Below, one piece after another: positions 17,539-27,545 of a stretch of 58,608 nt of DNA (the stretch's first letter is position 1; each line of letters begins with the position of its first letter). A program made the position numbers and the translations under genes. Below the pieces are notes generated by a model. That model was not told where the DNA came from, did no database searches, and saw nothing but the letters and a program-made list of their open reading frames with translations. The DNA comes from Rhodospirillales bacterium RIFCSPLOWO2_02_FULL_58_16 (GTDB lineage: Bacteria > Pseudomonadota > Alphaproteobacteria > Rhodospirillales > 2-02-FULL-58-16). The DNA is taken from the NCBI GenBank assembly GCA_001830425.1, contig MIAA01000016.1, positions 104,055-162,662 on the forward strand, in the 5' to 3' direction.

Positions 17539-19376
17539 CCGGCGGCACGCATATTGAAGCCGAGACCCTTGGCGTCATGCGTGAAAGACTTAGCCATCGC
17601 GGTCCTGACGGCAACGGCGTGTGGCGGGACGACGGCGTCGGCTTCGCCCATACCCGGCTGGCCGTTATCGACACCGGTCCCGGCGGCGCCCAACCGATGG
17701 TTTCCGATTGCGGTCGATTCGTCCTGACCTATAACGGTGAGATCTACAATTACCGCGAACTGCGCGTCGAACTGGAGGCCGAAGGAGACCGCTTCCGCTC
17801 GACGAGCGATACCGAGGTATTGCTTAATCTGTTGCGTCGTTACGGCCCGGACGGAATCAGCCGCCTGACCGGCATGTTTTCTTTCGCCTTCTGGGATTGC
17901 AAAACCAAAGAGCTTTTGCTGTGCCGTGACCGTTTAGGCGTCAAGCCGTTGGTTTATGCTCATCTGAATGACGGTCAATTGGCTTTTGCCTCCGAGATCA
18001 ACGCCCTTAAGAGTCATCCCGGCATTGATCTTGCCGTAGACAACTCGGCGTTATCTGAATTTCTGGCCTGTCTTTATGTTCCGGCGCCCCGCACCATATA
18101 CTGCGGGATCAAAAAACTGCCTCCCGGTCATTTGTTGCGATGGCAAAACGGCAAAATTACGCTGGAGCCGTACTGGCGCCCTTCGATTAACGGAAGCCGC
18201 CTGCTTGCCGTGGACGATGCGATTGATGAACTGCTGCCGTTAGTGAAAAAAGCCGTTGTGTCGCACATGGTGTCCGATGTGCCTGTCGGGTGTTTCCTTT
18301 CCGGAGGCATCGACAGTTCGGTAATCGCCGCCCTCATGGCCGAAGAGGCGCGCCGGCAAGGGGCGGCGCCCATTCACACCTTTACCATGACCTTCGATGA
18401 AGCGGCCTACGACGAGCGAACGGCGGCGCGCCGTGTTGCCTCGCATATAGGAAGCCGTCACGCCGAGCTTCCGGCAAGCTCCCGATTAGTGAATCTGCTG
18501 AGTGATTGCGTCGCCGGCTTCGGCGAGCCTTTCGGCAACCCGACGGCGCTGCTGATTCATGACTTGTCGCGCAAAGCGCGGGAACATGTCACCGTCGCCC
18601 TGGTCGGGGATGGCGGCGACGAAACATTCGCCGGCTATCCCCGCTACGAAGGAGGGCTGCTTGCCCAAAAGTACCGACGCCTTCCGAAATGGCTTAGACG
18701 CGGCATTATCGAACCGGCGTCATGCCTTATCCCCGAAAGCGCCGACGGTCGTCATTTCCTGCGCCGGGCGCGGGAGTTTTTAACCGGCGCCAACCATCCC
18801 GACGGCGAAATGTACGCCTCATGGGTTGAGTATTTCAGCCGTGAAGAACGCCGCCTGCTCCTCGGAGCGGACGAAGCGCCGCCAAGCCCGATCAACGATC
18901 TGTTCCTGCAGGCGCCGTCTTCCCATCCCCTGGACGCCATGCAGCAAACCGACCTGCTGTCATTTCTTCCCGGCAATCTTCTTGCTTACGGCGACGCCAT
19001 GAGCATGAGACACGCGCTGGAACTGCGACTGCCGTTGATCGATCATCATTTGGTGGAGCATATCGGAATGTTGTCCCCATCCCTTCGCGTAAACGGCGGA
19101 ATGAAAGGCCTGCTGAAGGCCGTCGCCCGCCGCCTTTTGCCCAATGAAATCGTTGACGCTCCGAAAAGAGGGTTCAATCCTCCCATGGGAGTTTGGCTCA
19201 AGACCGACCTGAAGGAAATGGTAAAAGAGCGGATCACCCCGGCCAACATGGCGGCGCTGGGTCTTGAATGGGGGCCGGTGGAGACTCTTCTTTCCGAGCA
19301 TCGGCGGGGAAACCGCGACCATTCCTTGAAAGTTTGGGCTTTGCTTGTGCTTGATGTATGGCGAAGCGCACAATAA
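17526..19376 (+). CDS. Asparagine synthase-like glutamine amidotransferase, second paralog
   Basis: MCGIAGG N-terminus and the PP-loop LSGGIDSSV. 616 aa. It is clearly diverged from the 6748..8640 copy. Confidence 0.85.
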   Translation: MCGIAGGTHIEAETLGVMRERLSHRGPDGNGVWRDDGVGFAHTRLAVIDTGPGGAQPMVSDCGRFVLTYNGEIYNYRELRVELEAEGDRFRSTSDTEVLLNLLRRYGPDGISRLTGMFSFAFWDCKTKELLLCRDRLGVKPLVYAHLNDGQLAFASEINALKSHPGIDLAVDNSALSEFLACLYVPAPRTIYCGIKKLPPGHLLRWQNGKITLEPYWRPSINGSRLLAVDDAIDELLPLVKKAVVSHMVSDVPVGCFLSGGIDSSVIAALMAEEARRQGAAPIHTFTMTFDEAAYDERTAARRVASHIGSRHAELPASSRLVNLLSDCVAGFGEPFGNPTALLIHDLSRKAREHVTVALVGDGGDETFAGYPRYEGGLLAQKYRRLPKWLRRGIIEPASCLIPESADGRHFLRRAREFLTGANHPDGEMYASWVEYFSREERRLLLGADEAPPSPINDLFLQAPSSHPLDAMQQTDLLSFLPGNLLAYGDAMSMRHALELRLPLIDHHLVEHIGMLSPSLRVNGGMKGLLKAVARRLLPNEIVDAPKRGFNPPMGVWLKTDLKEMVKERITPANMAALGLEWGPVETLLSEHRRGNRDHSLKVWALLVLDVWRSAQ

Positions 19377-19407
19377 TACCGATGGCCGTAAAAAATGACT
19401 CTGAAAA

Positions 19408-19490
19408 ATCCTCCCCCTTGCTTCAAGGGGGAGTTAGAGGGGGTCGTTGCAGCAACCTCCCCTGGCCCCTCCTTGGTAAGGAGGGGAAAT
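19408..19490. repeat. REP-like intergenic element with two perfect 9-bp-stem hairpins
   Basis: Hairpin 1 at 19411-19433 (ctccccctt/gcttc/aagggggag). Hairpin 2 at 19466-19486 (cccctcctt/ggt/aaggagggg). A ttgcagcaa palindrome lies between them. The element sits between the AsnB-like stop and the ligase-like start. Confidence 0.6.
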
Positions 19491-19514
19491 GGCATTTCAG
19501 GATTTGGAATTGAT

Positions 19515-20756
19515 ATGAAGATACCCCGGATTCATACAGGTCACGTTCTCGGCGCATCGTCATTGCTGATGATCCCCTTTGCTCTCTTCATGTCGAAAGC
19601 CGTGGCGGCGCTGTTTGTCGCAACCGCAATTTCCGGGTTGACGTTATTTTTCATCAAGGAACGCTCATGGCCTGATTTGCCGAAATCTTCCCTGGTGTTT
19701 TTTGCCGTAGTTGTTATTTGGGGGATCATAAGCTCGATCTGGTCCATCGCTCCGGAAAATAGCCTGCATTTGTCTCTACCGCTTGCCGGAACATTTCTGG
19801 GCGGACTGGTTTTGATTTCCCTGGCAACCCGGCTGCGTGATGATGAGCGGCGCTTTTTTGAAGGCGCGTTGATCATCGGCGCCTGTGTCGGCTACGCCGT
19901 GTTAGCCATAGAAATTTTCACCCCCCTGGCATTGACGCACGCCTTCTGGAAGATCACAAAGGGACGCGAGGTTCTTATCGATTACACTCAAGCCAATTAC
20001 TATAAAAGCGGCATGACCGTGGCGGCGCTGATGCTGTGGCCGGCCATGGGGGCGCTGTGGAAAAAAGGCGCCGGAACCGGCGCGGCCCTTCTTTTCGCCT
20101 CGGCCTTGTTCATTAACTTTCAAAGCGGCAGCGGATCATCAACGCTTGCCGGCATTGTCGCTTTTTCCGCATTCCTGATATCCATCGCCTTTCAAAAGCG
20201 GGCCGCCGGAATTTTCTTGACCCTGGTTATCGTCAGCGTGTTCGCCATGCCGTTGTTTTCTCTCCTTCTGCCGAGCGCGAAAGACTTCGAAGTAAAGGAA
20301 TATAATTTACCCGAATCCTTATATCCTCGAATTTTCATCTGGAAATTTGCCGCCGATTATATTCAGGAAACGCCGATATTAGGCAAAGGCCTTAATTCGT
20401 CACGCGCCCTTTCTTCCGAAAAGGACAAAAAAACATACCCTGTATTAAACCATGGGTCCCGAACTCTCGAACCGATTCCGCTTCATCCGCACAGCGTCGT
20501 TCTTCAGATATGGCTGGAATTCGGCGCAGTCGGCGCAATTATGCTGGTAGTATTGCTGCGGGCGCTTATCCGCCGCCTGAGTAAATGCGACGACCTTGTT
20601 CTTCGCGCCTTCGGTTACGGCGCCTTCTTTTCCACCCTTTCTATCACATATGTAAGTTACGGCATCTGGAGCAGTTGGTGGCAGGGGTCTCTTTGGCTGA
20701 CGGCCGCCTTTGCCACGGCGTTAGTCACCGAAAAAAATATGGAGAATCCGGGCTGA
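19515..20756 (+). CDS. O-antigen ligase/polymerase family (Wzy_C-type) membrane protein
   Basis: Polytopic protein. IPLHPHSVVLQIWLEFGAVG is the periplasmic-loop motif typical of O-antigen ligase-like proteins. I prefer ATG 19515, because the 19395 extension runs through the REP element. Confidence 0.7.
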   Translation: MKIPRIHTGHVLGASSLLMIPFALFMSKAVAALFVATAISGLTLFFIKERSWPDLPKSSLVFFAVVVIWGIISSIWSIAPENSLHLSLPLAGTFLGGLVLISLATRLRDDERRFFEGALIIGACVGYAVLAIEIFTPLALTHAFWKITKGREVLIDYTQANYYKSGMTVAALMLWPAMGALWKKGAGTGAALLFASALFINFQSGSGSSTLAGIVAFSAFLISIAFQKRAAGIFLTLVIVSVFAMPLFSLLLPSAKDFEVKEYNLPESLYPRIFIWKFAADYIQETPILGKGLNSSRALSSEKDKKTYPVLNHGSRTLEPIPLHPHSVVLQIWLEFGAVGAIMLVVLLRALIRRLSKCDDLVLRAFGYGAFFSTLSITYVSYGIWSSWWQGSLWLTAAFATALVTEKNMENPG

Positions 20757-21766
20757 TGGACCGGCTTTTTCCCATCCTTCTTTTTATCGGCGTCTTCGCC
20801 GCCGCCTTGCTCGCCACTCATATCATCCTGCGTATCCTTCGCAGGCGATCCGTCTTCGACCGCCCCAATGAGCGCAGCAGTCATACGGCGCCCACCCCTC
20901 GCGGCGGAGGCTGGGCTTTGGTCATCGTCCTGGTTCCCGTCTGGAGTTATATCGGTTTAACCGGAACCGACAATACAACCGAAATATCGGCTTTAAGCGG
21001 GTGCGCCCTGGCGCTTGCCTTAATGTCCTGGCATGACGACCTGAACGGCATGTCTCCCGTTTGGCGGCTGTTAGGCCAGGCCGCCGCCGTTGCGTTGGTT
21101 CTAAGCGTCGCCCCGGATCACGGTCTTTATTTCGCCGGACTTCTGCCCCGGGCGCTTGATTCCTTCGCCGCCGGACTGCTGTGGGTCTGGTTTATCAATC
21201 TTTTTAACTTCATGGACGGAATTGACGGCATCTCCGGAATTGAAGCCGCCTGCATCGGCGCCGGCGTCGCCCTTGTCGGTTTCTTCGCCGATCTCCATGA
21301 ACCGCTCCCCTCCTACGGCCTTACCATGGCTGCCGCCGCCCTTGGGTTTCTTTGGTGGAACTGGCGTCCGGCCAAGGTCTTCCTTGGAGACGTCGGCAGC
21401 GTCACCCTGGGGTTTTTGCTGGGCTGGTTATTATTGGCGCTGTCCGCCCAAGGTCAATGGGCGGCGGCCTTGATCCTTCCCCTTTATTATCTGGCCGACG
21501 CCACCGTAACCCTTATGCGCCGCGCCCTTCGCGGCGAAAAAGTCTGGCAGGCTCATCGCGAACATTTCTATCAGCGCGCCGTTCAGAAGGGATTGAAGCA
21601 TTCCGACGTAGCCCTCATTGTTCTTGTCGCCGACCTCGCCTTGATTGTGTCGGCGGTCACGGCGGCCATGGGGTGGATATGGCCGTCGCTGTCAGGCGCG
21701 TGTATTGTCGTGGCGATGCTGTTTTATTTTTTCGGATCCGCCCGCTTCATGATTTATCAAAAGTAA
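20756..21766 (+). CDS. Polyprenyl-phosphate HexNAc-1-phosphate transferase (WecA/WbpL, MraY family)
   Basis: WVWFINLFNFMDGIDGISG and FLGDVGS motifs. ATG 20756 overlaps the upstream stop (TGATG). Confidence 0.8.
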   Translation: MDRLFPILLFIGVFAAALLATHIILRILRRRSVFDRPNERSSHTAPTPRGGGWALVIVLVPVWSYIGLTGTDNTTEISALSGCALALALMSWHDDLNGMSPVWRLLGQAAAVALVLSVAPDHGLYFAGLLPRALDSFAAGLLWVWFINLFNFMDGIDGISGIEAACIGAGVALVGFFADLHEPLPSYGLTMAAAALGFLWWNWRPAKVFLGDVGSVTLGFLLGWLLLALSAQGQWAAALILPLYYLADATVTLMRRALRGEKVWQAHREHFYQRAVQKGLKHSDVALIVLVADLALIVSAVTAAMGWIWPSLSGACIVVAMLFYFFGSARFMIYQK

Positions 21767-21772
21767 CGCCTT

Positions 21773-23029
21773 ATGAAAATTCTCTTTCTGACTGAAAACT
21801 TCCCTCCGGAAACCAATGCCGCCGCGACGCGGGTCTTTGAGCGGGCATGTTATTGGGCGAGATGGGGACACGACGTCACGATAATCACCTGCGCTCCCAA
21901 TTTTCCCCAAGGCAAGCTTTACCCCAATTATAAGAATTCCTGGCATCAGACCGAGGTTATTTCGGGCATCCGGGTGGTGAGGGTAAAAACCTTTATCGCC
22001 CCGAATAAGGGCACGATATTGCGCACTCTGGATTTTTTCAGTTTCCTGGTGACCGGAATCGGCGCCGGCCTGTTTCAGAATAAACCTGATTTAATCGTCG
22101 CCACGTCGCCGCAATTCTTTGCCGCCGTTGCCGGCTGGATGCTCGGCCTCATCCGCCGCGTGCCGTTCGTTTTTGAGTTGGGAGACCTTTGGCCGGCTTC
22201 GATCGCCGCCGTCGGCGCCATGCGTGAAAAATTCCTCCTGCGCATGATGGAGAAGCTGGAACTCTACCTGTACCGGAAATCGGCGGCCATCGTCGCCCTG
22301 ACCAACGCCTTCAAGGATGACCTGATCGGACGGGGAATCAAAGGCGATAAAATCGCCGTGGTGATAAACGGCATCGACCTCCCGCGCTATAAGCCGAGGC
22401 CGCATGACATCGAATTGGCGACTGAATGGGACTTAACAGGTTGTTTCATAATCGGTTATGTGGGAACCCACGGCATGGCTCATGGCCTCAGAAATGTGCT
22501 CAATGCCGCAGAGTTGCTCCGTAACGTTCCCAATCTACGCTTCCTTTTGGCCGGGGCCGGAGCGGAACGGGAGCAATTATTTGAAGAGGCAAAAAGTCGC
22601 CGCCTCAATAATATCGTGTTCCTGCCGCCGCAGCCCAAAGAAAATATGCCCGCCGTATGGAGCCTGTGCGACGTCGCCTTGATCCACCTCAAAAATTCCC
22701 CGGTATTCGCCGGCGTCATTCCCTCCAAGATATTTGAAGCCATGGGAATGGGCCTGCCCCTGCTTTTAGCCGCCCCCCAAGGCGAAGCCGGCAAAATTAT
22801 TACGGCGGACAGGGCCGGGATATGTGTTCCGGCAGAGAACCCGAAAGCCTTGGCCGAAGCCGCCCTGGAACTGATGAAAAACGAAAAGGCGCTTAAGGAT
22901 TATTCCCGAAACAGCCTGAAAGCCGCTCCCCTGCACAGTCGTGAGCGCCAGGCCCGCCTGATGATAGAGGTATTGGAAAAAGTCGTGCGTGGAGAGGGAG
23001 ATAAAGTCGGTTCCCCGGCGCCGTCATGA
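21773..23029 (+). CDS. GT-B glycosyltransferase (CAZy GT4, WbuB-like)
   Basis: MKILFLTENFPPETNAAATRVFE N-terminus and a C-terminal EAMGMGLPLL-type motif. Confidence 0.75.
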   Translation: MKILFLTENFPPETNAAATRVFERACYWARWGHDVTIITCAPNFPQGKLYPNYKNSWHQTEVISGIRVVRVKTFIAPNKGTILRTLDFFSFLVTGIGAGLFQNKPDLIVATSPQFFAAVAGWMLGLIRRVPFVFELGDLWPASIAAVGAMREKFLLRMMEKLELYLYRKSAAIVALTNAFKDDLIGRGIKGDKIAVVINGIDLPRYKPRPHDIELATEWDLTGCFIIGYVGTHGMAHGLRNVLNAAELLRNVPNLRFLLAGAGAEREQLFEEAKSRRLNNIVFLPPQPKENMPAVWSLCDVALIHLKNSPVFAGVIPSKIFEAMGMGLPLLLAAPQGEAGKIITADRAGICVPAENPKALAEAALELMKNEKALKDYSRNSLKAAPLHSRERQARLMIEVLEKVVRGEGDKVGSPAPS

Positions 23030-23997
23030 CCGGAATTTTAATTACCGGCGCCGACGGATTTATTGGCCGAAAGCTATGCCGTTCTTTGGTCGCCGAGGGT
23101 CATGACGTTTGCGCTGCGGTTCGCCGCTTTCCCGAAGACGAGGCCTTCGCATCCGTTAAGCTGATACAGGTTCCCGACATCGGTTCCGACATGGATTGGG
23201 CGCCGGCCCTTGACGGCGTCCGGATAGTGGTGCATTCAGCCGCCCGCGTGCATGTAATGAAAGAGCGGTCGGATGCGCCCCTCGCCGAGTTCCGCCGGGT
23301 CAACGTCGAAGGAACGCGCCGCCTTGCCCAAGCCGCCGCAACCGCCGGCGTTCAACGGCTTGTGTTTTTAAGCACCATCAAGATACACGGCGAATCCGCC
23401 GGCCCCCACGCCTTTAACGAAGACGATCCGCCGGCGCCGGACGACTCCTATGCCGTCTCCAAACAGGAAGCCGAATCGGCGCTTTTCGACATAGCGGCGC
23501 ACAGCGGACTGGAGGTAGTCATCCTGAGGCCTCCCCTGGTTTACGGCGAGGGCGTAAAAGGCAATTTTCTGTCTCTGATGAATCTTTGCCGCGTGTCTCT
23601 TCCCCTGCCCCTCGGCGGCATTGCCAACCGACGCAGTTTTATTTACGCGGGCAATCTGGTAGACATCATTATCCGCTGCCTTGATCATCCCGCCGCCGCG
23701 AATCAGGCCTTCGTGGTGCGCGATGGAGAAGATGTCTCAACCCCGGAACTCATCCGCCGCATGGCCGATGCCCTTGAAAGGCCGGCAAGGCTGTTTTCGG
23801 TTCCTGAACGGCTTTTGCGATTTGCCGGCAAAATGACCGGAAAATCGGCTATGGTCTCGCGTCTGCTTGACTCGTTAACCGTGGATGATGGAAAAATACG
23901 CCGCCGACTCGGCTGGATTCCGCCGTTTTCCATGGCCGAGGGGCTGAGCGAAACAGCGGCGTGGATTTGCCGGCCGACGGATATGAAAACACCCTAA
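23026..23997 (+). CDS. NAD-dependent sugar epimerase/reductase (WbpV/WbpK/WreQ-like SDR)
   Basis: ILITGADGFIGRKL glycine-rich loop and YAVSKQEAE (YxxxK). ATGA overlap with the upstream gene. Confidence 0.7.
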   Translation: MTGILITGADGFIGRKLCRSLVAEGHDVCAAVRRFPEDEAFASVKLIQVPDIGSDMDWAPALDGVRIVVHSAARVHVMKERSDAPLAEFRRVNVEGTRRLAQAAATAGVQRLVFLSTIKIHGESAGPHAFNEDDPPAPDDSYAVSKQEAESALFDIAAHSGLEVVILRPPLVYGEGVKGNFLSLMNLCRVSLPLPLGGIANRRSFIYAGNLVDIIIRCLDHPAAANQAFVVRDGEDVSTPELIRRMADALERPARLFSVPERLLRFAGKMTGKSAMVSRLLDSLTVDDGKIRRRLGWIPPFSMAEGLSETAAWICRPTDMKTP

Positions 23998-24000
23998 CCC

Positions 24001-25908
24001 ATGATAACCAAGCTTCCCCTTCGCGGTTATATCGTCTTCGTCCATGACATTATCATGGCGGCGCTGGCCTTCTATCTCTCCCTTTACCTGAGACTCGGAG
24101 GCGCTCTGTATTATTACTCGCCGGAGCTTCTGGTGCGGGGAACGCTCTCTTTCACGGTCATCGCCGGTGTTATATTTTTATTCATGGGCCTGTATCGAGG
24201 CGTATGGCGTTACGCTTCGCTGAATGATCTGCTGGCGATCGCCAGGGCGGCGACGCTGGCCGTTCTCGTTTTCATGCTGGTGATGTTCCTGTGGACGCGG
24301 CTTGAAGAATTGCCGCGATCATTGCCGTTCATCACCTGGTTCGTCCTGATGGCCCTTCTTGGGGGACCGCGTTTCCTGTACCGGCTGTTCAAGGACCGGC
24401 GCTACGAATTCAGGCTGGAAAGGGAAGGCCGCCGTTCCATTCCGGTGCTGCTGGCGGGCGCCGATGACGGAGCGGAGCTTTTCATTCGCTCCCTCTCCCG
24501 ATCCGGAGAAAATAATTATCAGGTAGTCGGGATTGTCGCCGACAACTCCGACCGGGTGGGACGTCATATTCATGGCGTCAAGGTTCTTGGGACCACCGAT
24601 GAAATGCATGCCGTCGTCCGCCAGTTGGCAAGATTCGGCAACCGTCCGCAGCGACTGATCCTGACCAGGGACAATATGGACAAAACCCAGGTGCGCAGAC
24701 TTCTTGACAGCGCCGCAGAGCTGGGGATGACCCTGGCGCGGCTGCCGAAGCTTACCGACTTCAAGAGCGGAGTCAGCGACAATGTGGAGGTCCGCCCCGT
24801 TGCCCTTGAGGACCTCCTGGGCCGGCCGCAGACGGCGCTCGACCGCGACGCGATGAACGCCCTCATCAAAGGCCGTCGCGTTCTGGTGACGGGAGCGGGA
24901 GGCAGCATCGGCAGCGAACTGGTCCGCCAGATTTGCGGCTTTTCTCCCTCGGCTCTTGTCCTCCTCGACAATTGTGAATTCAACCTCTACGCCGTTGATC
25001 TGGAAACATCGGAGCATCACGGCGATCTGCCGCGCAAAGCGGTGCTCGCCGACGTCCGCAATCAAAGCCGCATTGAACAGGTTTTCGCCGAGAACAAACC
25101 TGATCTGGTTTTTCACGCCGCCGCTCTCAAACATGTGCCGATGGTCGAAGCCAATATATTCGAAGGCATAACAACCAATGTCATCGGCAGCGTCAACATC
25201 GCCGACGCCTGCATCAAGAACAAAACGGCGGCGATGGTGCTGATCTCCACCGACAAGGCGGTGAATCCGACCAGCATAATGGGCGCCGCCAAGCGGATCG
25301 CCGAGCAGTACTGCCAAACTCTGGACATCGGCCGCAAGGCGCCGGGCCATACCTGTTTCGTCACCGTGCGCTTCGGCAACGTTCTCGGCTCTACCGGCTC
25401 GGTGGTCCCCCTGTTCCAGAGCCAGTTGGCGAAGGGCGGCCCGCTGACGGTGACCCACCCCGAAATGAAGCGCTACTTCATGACGGTGCGCGAAGCGGTG
25501 GAGCTGGTCCTGCAAGCCTCGGCCATCGGCGTTCGCAATCCCGCGCATGAAGGTAAAATCTTTGTTCTCGACATGGGGGAGCCTGTGCGCATCCTCGATC
25601 TGGCCAATCAGATGATCCGCCTCGCCGGCCTGGAGCCGGATGTCGATATCAAGATCGACCTTATCGGCCTGCGCCCCGGAGAAAAACTGTTTGAAGAAAT
25701 GCTTCACGCCGGGGAATCCCCGGCGCCTACCGAATATCCGGGCATCCTGCTGGCGGCGCCGCGAAGCGGCGATGCCCTTGAATTAAAGCAAGAGATCAAC
25801 CGCCTGGCCGAAGCCTGCTCTCCGGGCGATTCTGCCGGCCTGATGGAGATTATCCGCCGCCTTGTCCCCGAATATCATGTCCCCGGCGACGCCCCGCTCA
25901 AAAATTAA
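24001..25908 (+). CDS. Membrane-anchored UDP-GlcNAc 4,6-dehydratase family (CapD/WbpM/PglF)
   Basis: Four N-terminal hydrophobic helices, then [14 protein letters not shown] and [12 protein letters not shown] motifs. 635 aa. Confidence 0.85.
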   Translation: MITKLPLRGYIVFVHDIIMAALAFYLSLYLRLGGALYYYSPELLVRGTLSFTVIAGVIFLFMGLYRGVWRYASLNDLLAIARAATLAVLVFMLVMFLWTRLEELPRSLPFITWFVLMALLGGPRFLYRLFKDRRYEFRLEREGRRSIPVLLAGADDGAELFIRSLSRSGENNYQVVGIVADNSDRVGRHIHGVKVLGTTDEMHAVVRQLARFGNRPQRLILTRDNMDKTQVRRLLDSAAELGMTLARLPKLTDFKSGVSDNVEVRPVALEDLLGRPQTALDRDAMNALIKGRRVLVTGAGGSIGSELVRQICGFSPSALVLLDNCEFNLYAVDLETSEHHGDLPRKAVLADVRNQSRIEQVFAENKPDLVFHAAALKHVPMVEANIFEGITTNVIGSVNIADACIKNKTAAMVLISTDKAVNPTSIMGAAKRIAEQYCQTLDIGRKAPGHTCFVTVRFGNVLGSTGSVVPLFQSQLAKGGPLTVTHPEMKRYFMTVREAVELVLQASAIGVRNPAHEGKIFVLDMGEPVRILDLANQMIRLAGLEPDVDIKIDLIGLRPGEKLFEEMLHAGESPAPTEYPGILLAAPRSGDALELKQEINRLAEACSPGDSAGLMEIIRRLVPEYHVPGDAPLKN

Positions 25909-25933
25909 TAATCACCCGCCAAGGAGTCCGTCT

Positions 25934-27505
25934 ATGCCGTCAAAAATTCGCCGCGCCCTGATTTCCGTTTCCGACAAGTCCGGCCTTGAGGAATTCGGCC
26001 GCTTTCTCGCCGGTTGCGGAGTAGAAATATTATCGACGGGCGGCTCGGCAAAGGCGCTGAGGGCCGCCGGCGCGCCGGTTACCGAGGTCTCCGACCATAC
26101 CGGATTCCCCGAGATCATGGACGGTCGGGTAAAAACCCTTCATCCCAGGATCCACGGAGGCCTGCTGGCGGTGCGCTCCGACCCCGCCCACCTGAAGGCG
26201 ATGGCGGACCATTCAATCGAGCCTATCGATCTGCTGGTGGTCAACCTGTATCCCTTCGAGGCGACGGTCGCCGGCGGCGCCTGCTTTGACGACTGCATCG
26301 AAAACATCGATATCGGCGGCCCCGCCCTGATCCGCGCCGCCGCCAAAAATCACCCCTTCGTCACCGTCATCGTCGATGTCGAGGATTATTCCCGCGTTAC
26401 GGAGGAAATGAACGCCAACGACGGCGCCGTCACCCATGATCTGCGTCGCCGGCTGGCGGCCAAGGCTTACGCCCGCACCGCCGCCTATGACGCCGCTATC
26501 AGCGCCTGGTTCTCGGGTCAATTGAACGAGCCTTTCCCCAAACGAGTGACCTTCGCCGGAGAACTGCGACAGGTGCTTCGCTACGGCGAGAACCCTCATC
26601 AGCAGGCGGCGTTCTACATCGGCGGCGATTCCCGGCCCGGCGTCGCCACCGCTTTGCAGCTCCAGGGCAAGGAACTCAGCTTCAATAACCTTAACGACAC
26701 CGACGCCGCCTTCGAGCTGGTCGCCGAGTTCAACAAGACGGCGTGCGCCGTCATCAAACACGCCAATCCCTGCGGCGTAGCGCTGGGCGACAGCCTTATC
26801 GACGCTTATAAACGCGCCCTGGCCTGCGACCCGGTCAGCGCCTTCGGCGGCATCATCGCCGTCAACCGGATGCTGGACGGCGAGACGGCGGAGGAAATGG
26901 CCAAGCTGTTCGCCGAGGTAATCATCGCCCCCGAAATAAACGACGACGCCCGCAAGATTCTACAGTCTAAAAAGAATCTGCGGGTGCTGACCACCGGCGC
27001 CATGCCGGACCCGACGGCCCCCGGAATGACGGTGCGCACCCTGTCCGGCGGCTACCTGTTGCAAAGCCGGGACAACATCGTTGATTGCGGCGACCTCAAG
27101 GTAGTCACCAGACGCGCCCCCACCGAAGCCGAAATGGCCGACCTGAAATTCGCCTTCACGATCAGCAAGCACGTCAAATCCAACGCCATCGTTTACGTCA
27201 AGGACGGCGCCGCCGTCGGCATCGGCGCCGGCCAGATGAGCCGCGTTGATTCGTCGCGCATCGCCGCCCTCAAGGCAAAGGAGGCCGCAACGGCCGCCGG
27301 CGAAAAGCAAAGCCGCGCCATCGGCTCGGCAGCGGCGTCCGACGCCTTTTTCCCCTTCGCCGACGGATTGCTGGCCGCCGCCGAAGCCGGAGCGACGGCG
27401 ATTATCCAGCCCGGCGGCTCGGTGCGCGACGACGAAGTCATCGCCGCCGCCGACCGGGCGGGGCTGGCCATGGTCCTGACCGGCATCCGCCACTTTAGGC
27501 ATTGA
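25934..27505 (+). CDS. purH: Bifunctional AICAR formyltransferase / IMP cyclohydrolase
   Basis: [18 protein letters not shown]...[10 protein letters not shown]...IRHFRH. AAGGAG Shine-Dalgarno at 25921-25926. The track start at 25862 is over-extended. Confidence 0.95.
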   Translation: MPSKIRRALISVSDKSGLEEFGRFLAGCGVEILSTGGSAKALRAAGAPVTEVSDHTGFPEIMDGRVKTLHPRIHGGLLAVRSDPAHLKAMADHSIEPIDLLVVNLYPFEATVAGGACFDDCIENIDIGGPALIRAAAKNHPFVTVIVDVEDYSRVTEEMNANDGAVTHDLRRRLAAKAYARTAAYDAAISAWFSGQLNEPFPKRVTFAGELRQVLRYGENPHQQAAFYIGGDSRPGVATALQLQGKELSFNNLNDTDAAFELVAEFNKTACAVIKHANPCGVALGDSLIDAYKRALACDPVSAFGGIIAVNRMLDGETAEEMAKLFAEVIIAPEINDDARKILQSKKNLRVLTTGAMPDPTAPGMTVRTLSGGYLLQSRDNIVDCGDLKVVTRRAPTEAEMADLKFAFTISKHVKSNAIVYVKDGAAVGIGAGQMSRVDSSRIAALKAKEAATAAGEKQSRAIGSAAASDAFFPFADGLLAAAEAGATAIIQPGGSVRDDEVIAAADRAGLAMVLTGIRHFRH

Positions 27506-27522
27506 ATCGCTTTTTCCGGCGT

Positions 27523-27545
27523 TTGATATTAAAATATGTAATCAA
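27523..27545 (+). promoter_or_regulatory. AT-rich imperfect palindrome upstream of nadA (candidate operator/promoter)
   Basis: The sequence ttgatattaaaatatgtaatcaa has complementary ends (ttgat...atcaa). It is the only AT-rich patch in the 57-nt purH-nadA spacer. Confidence 0.3.

Noticed and set aside
19395-19514. N-terminal extension of the ligase-like ORF (MTLKNPPPCFKGELEGVV...).
   Set aside because: It is the translation of the REP-like double-hairpin element and has no coding character.
20585-20755. Over-extended starts in the ORF track for WbpL (20585). The same applies to purH (25862), nadB (28396), amtB (37853), lolA (41631), rsmG (54125) and the 44314 ORF.
   Set aside because: The extensions overlap upstream genes or repeats. 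Internal ATGs with family-typical N-termini, Shine-Dalgarno sequences or stop-start coupling are better supported.
24319-25707. 462-aa ORF antisense to the CapD/WbpM gene. Similar long antisense ORFs lie at 712-1470, 6727-7467, 14145-14828, 15530-16474, 26213-26761, 29029-30078, 32158-32934, 33427-34086, 39846-40709, 43499-44122 and 47578-48300.
   Set aside because: Each lies fully inside a sense-strand gene with strong family motifs. Their translations are Arg/Gly/Ala/Pro-rich low-complexity sequences without motifs. They are the stop-codon-poor shadow frames expected in high-GC DNA.
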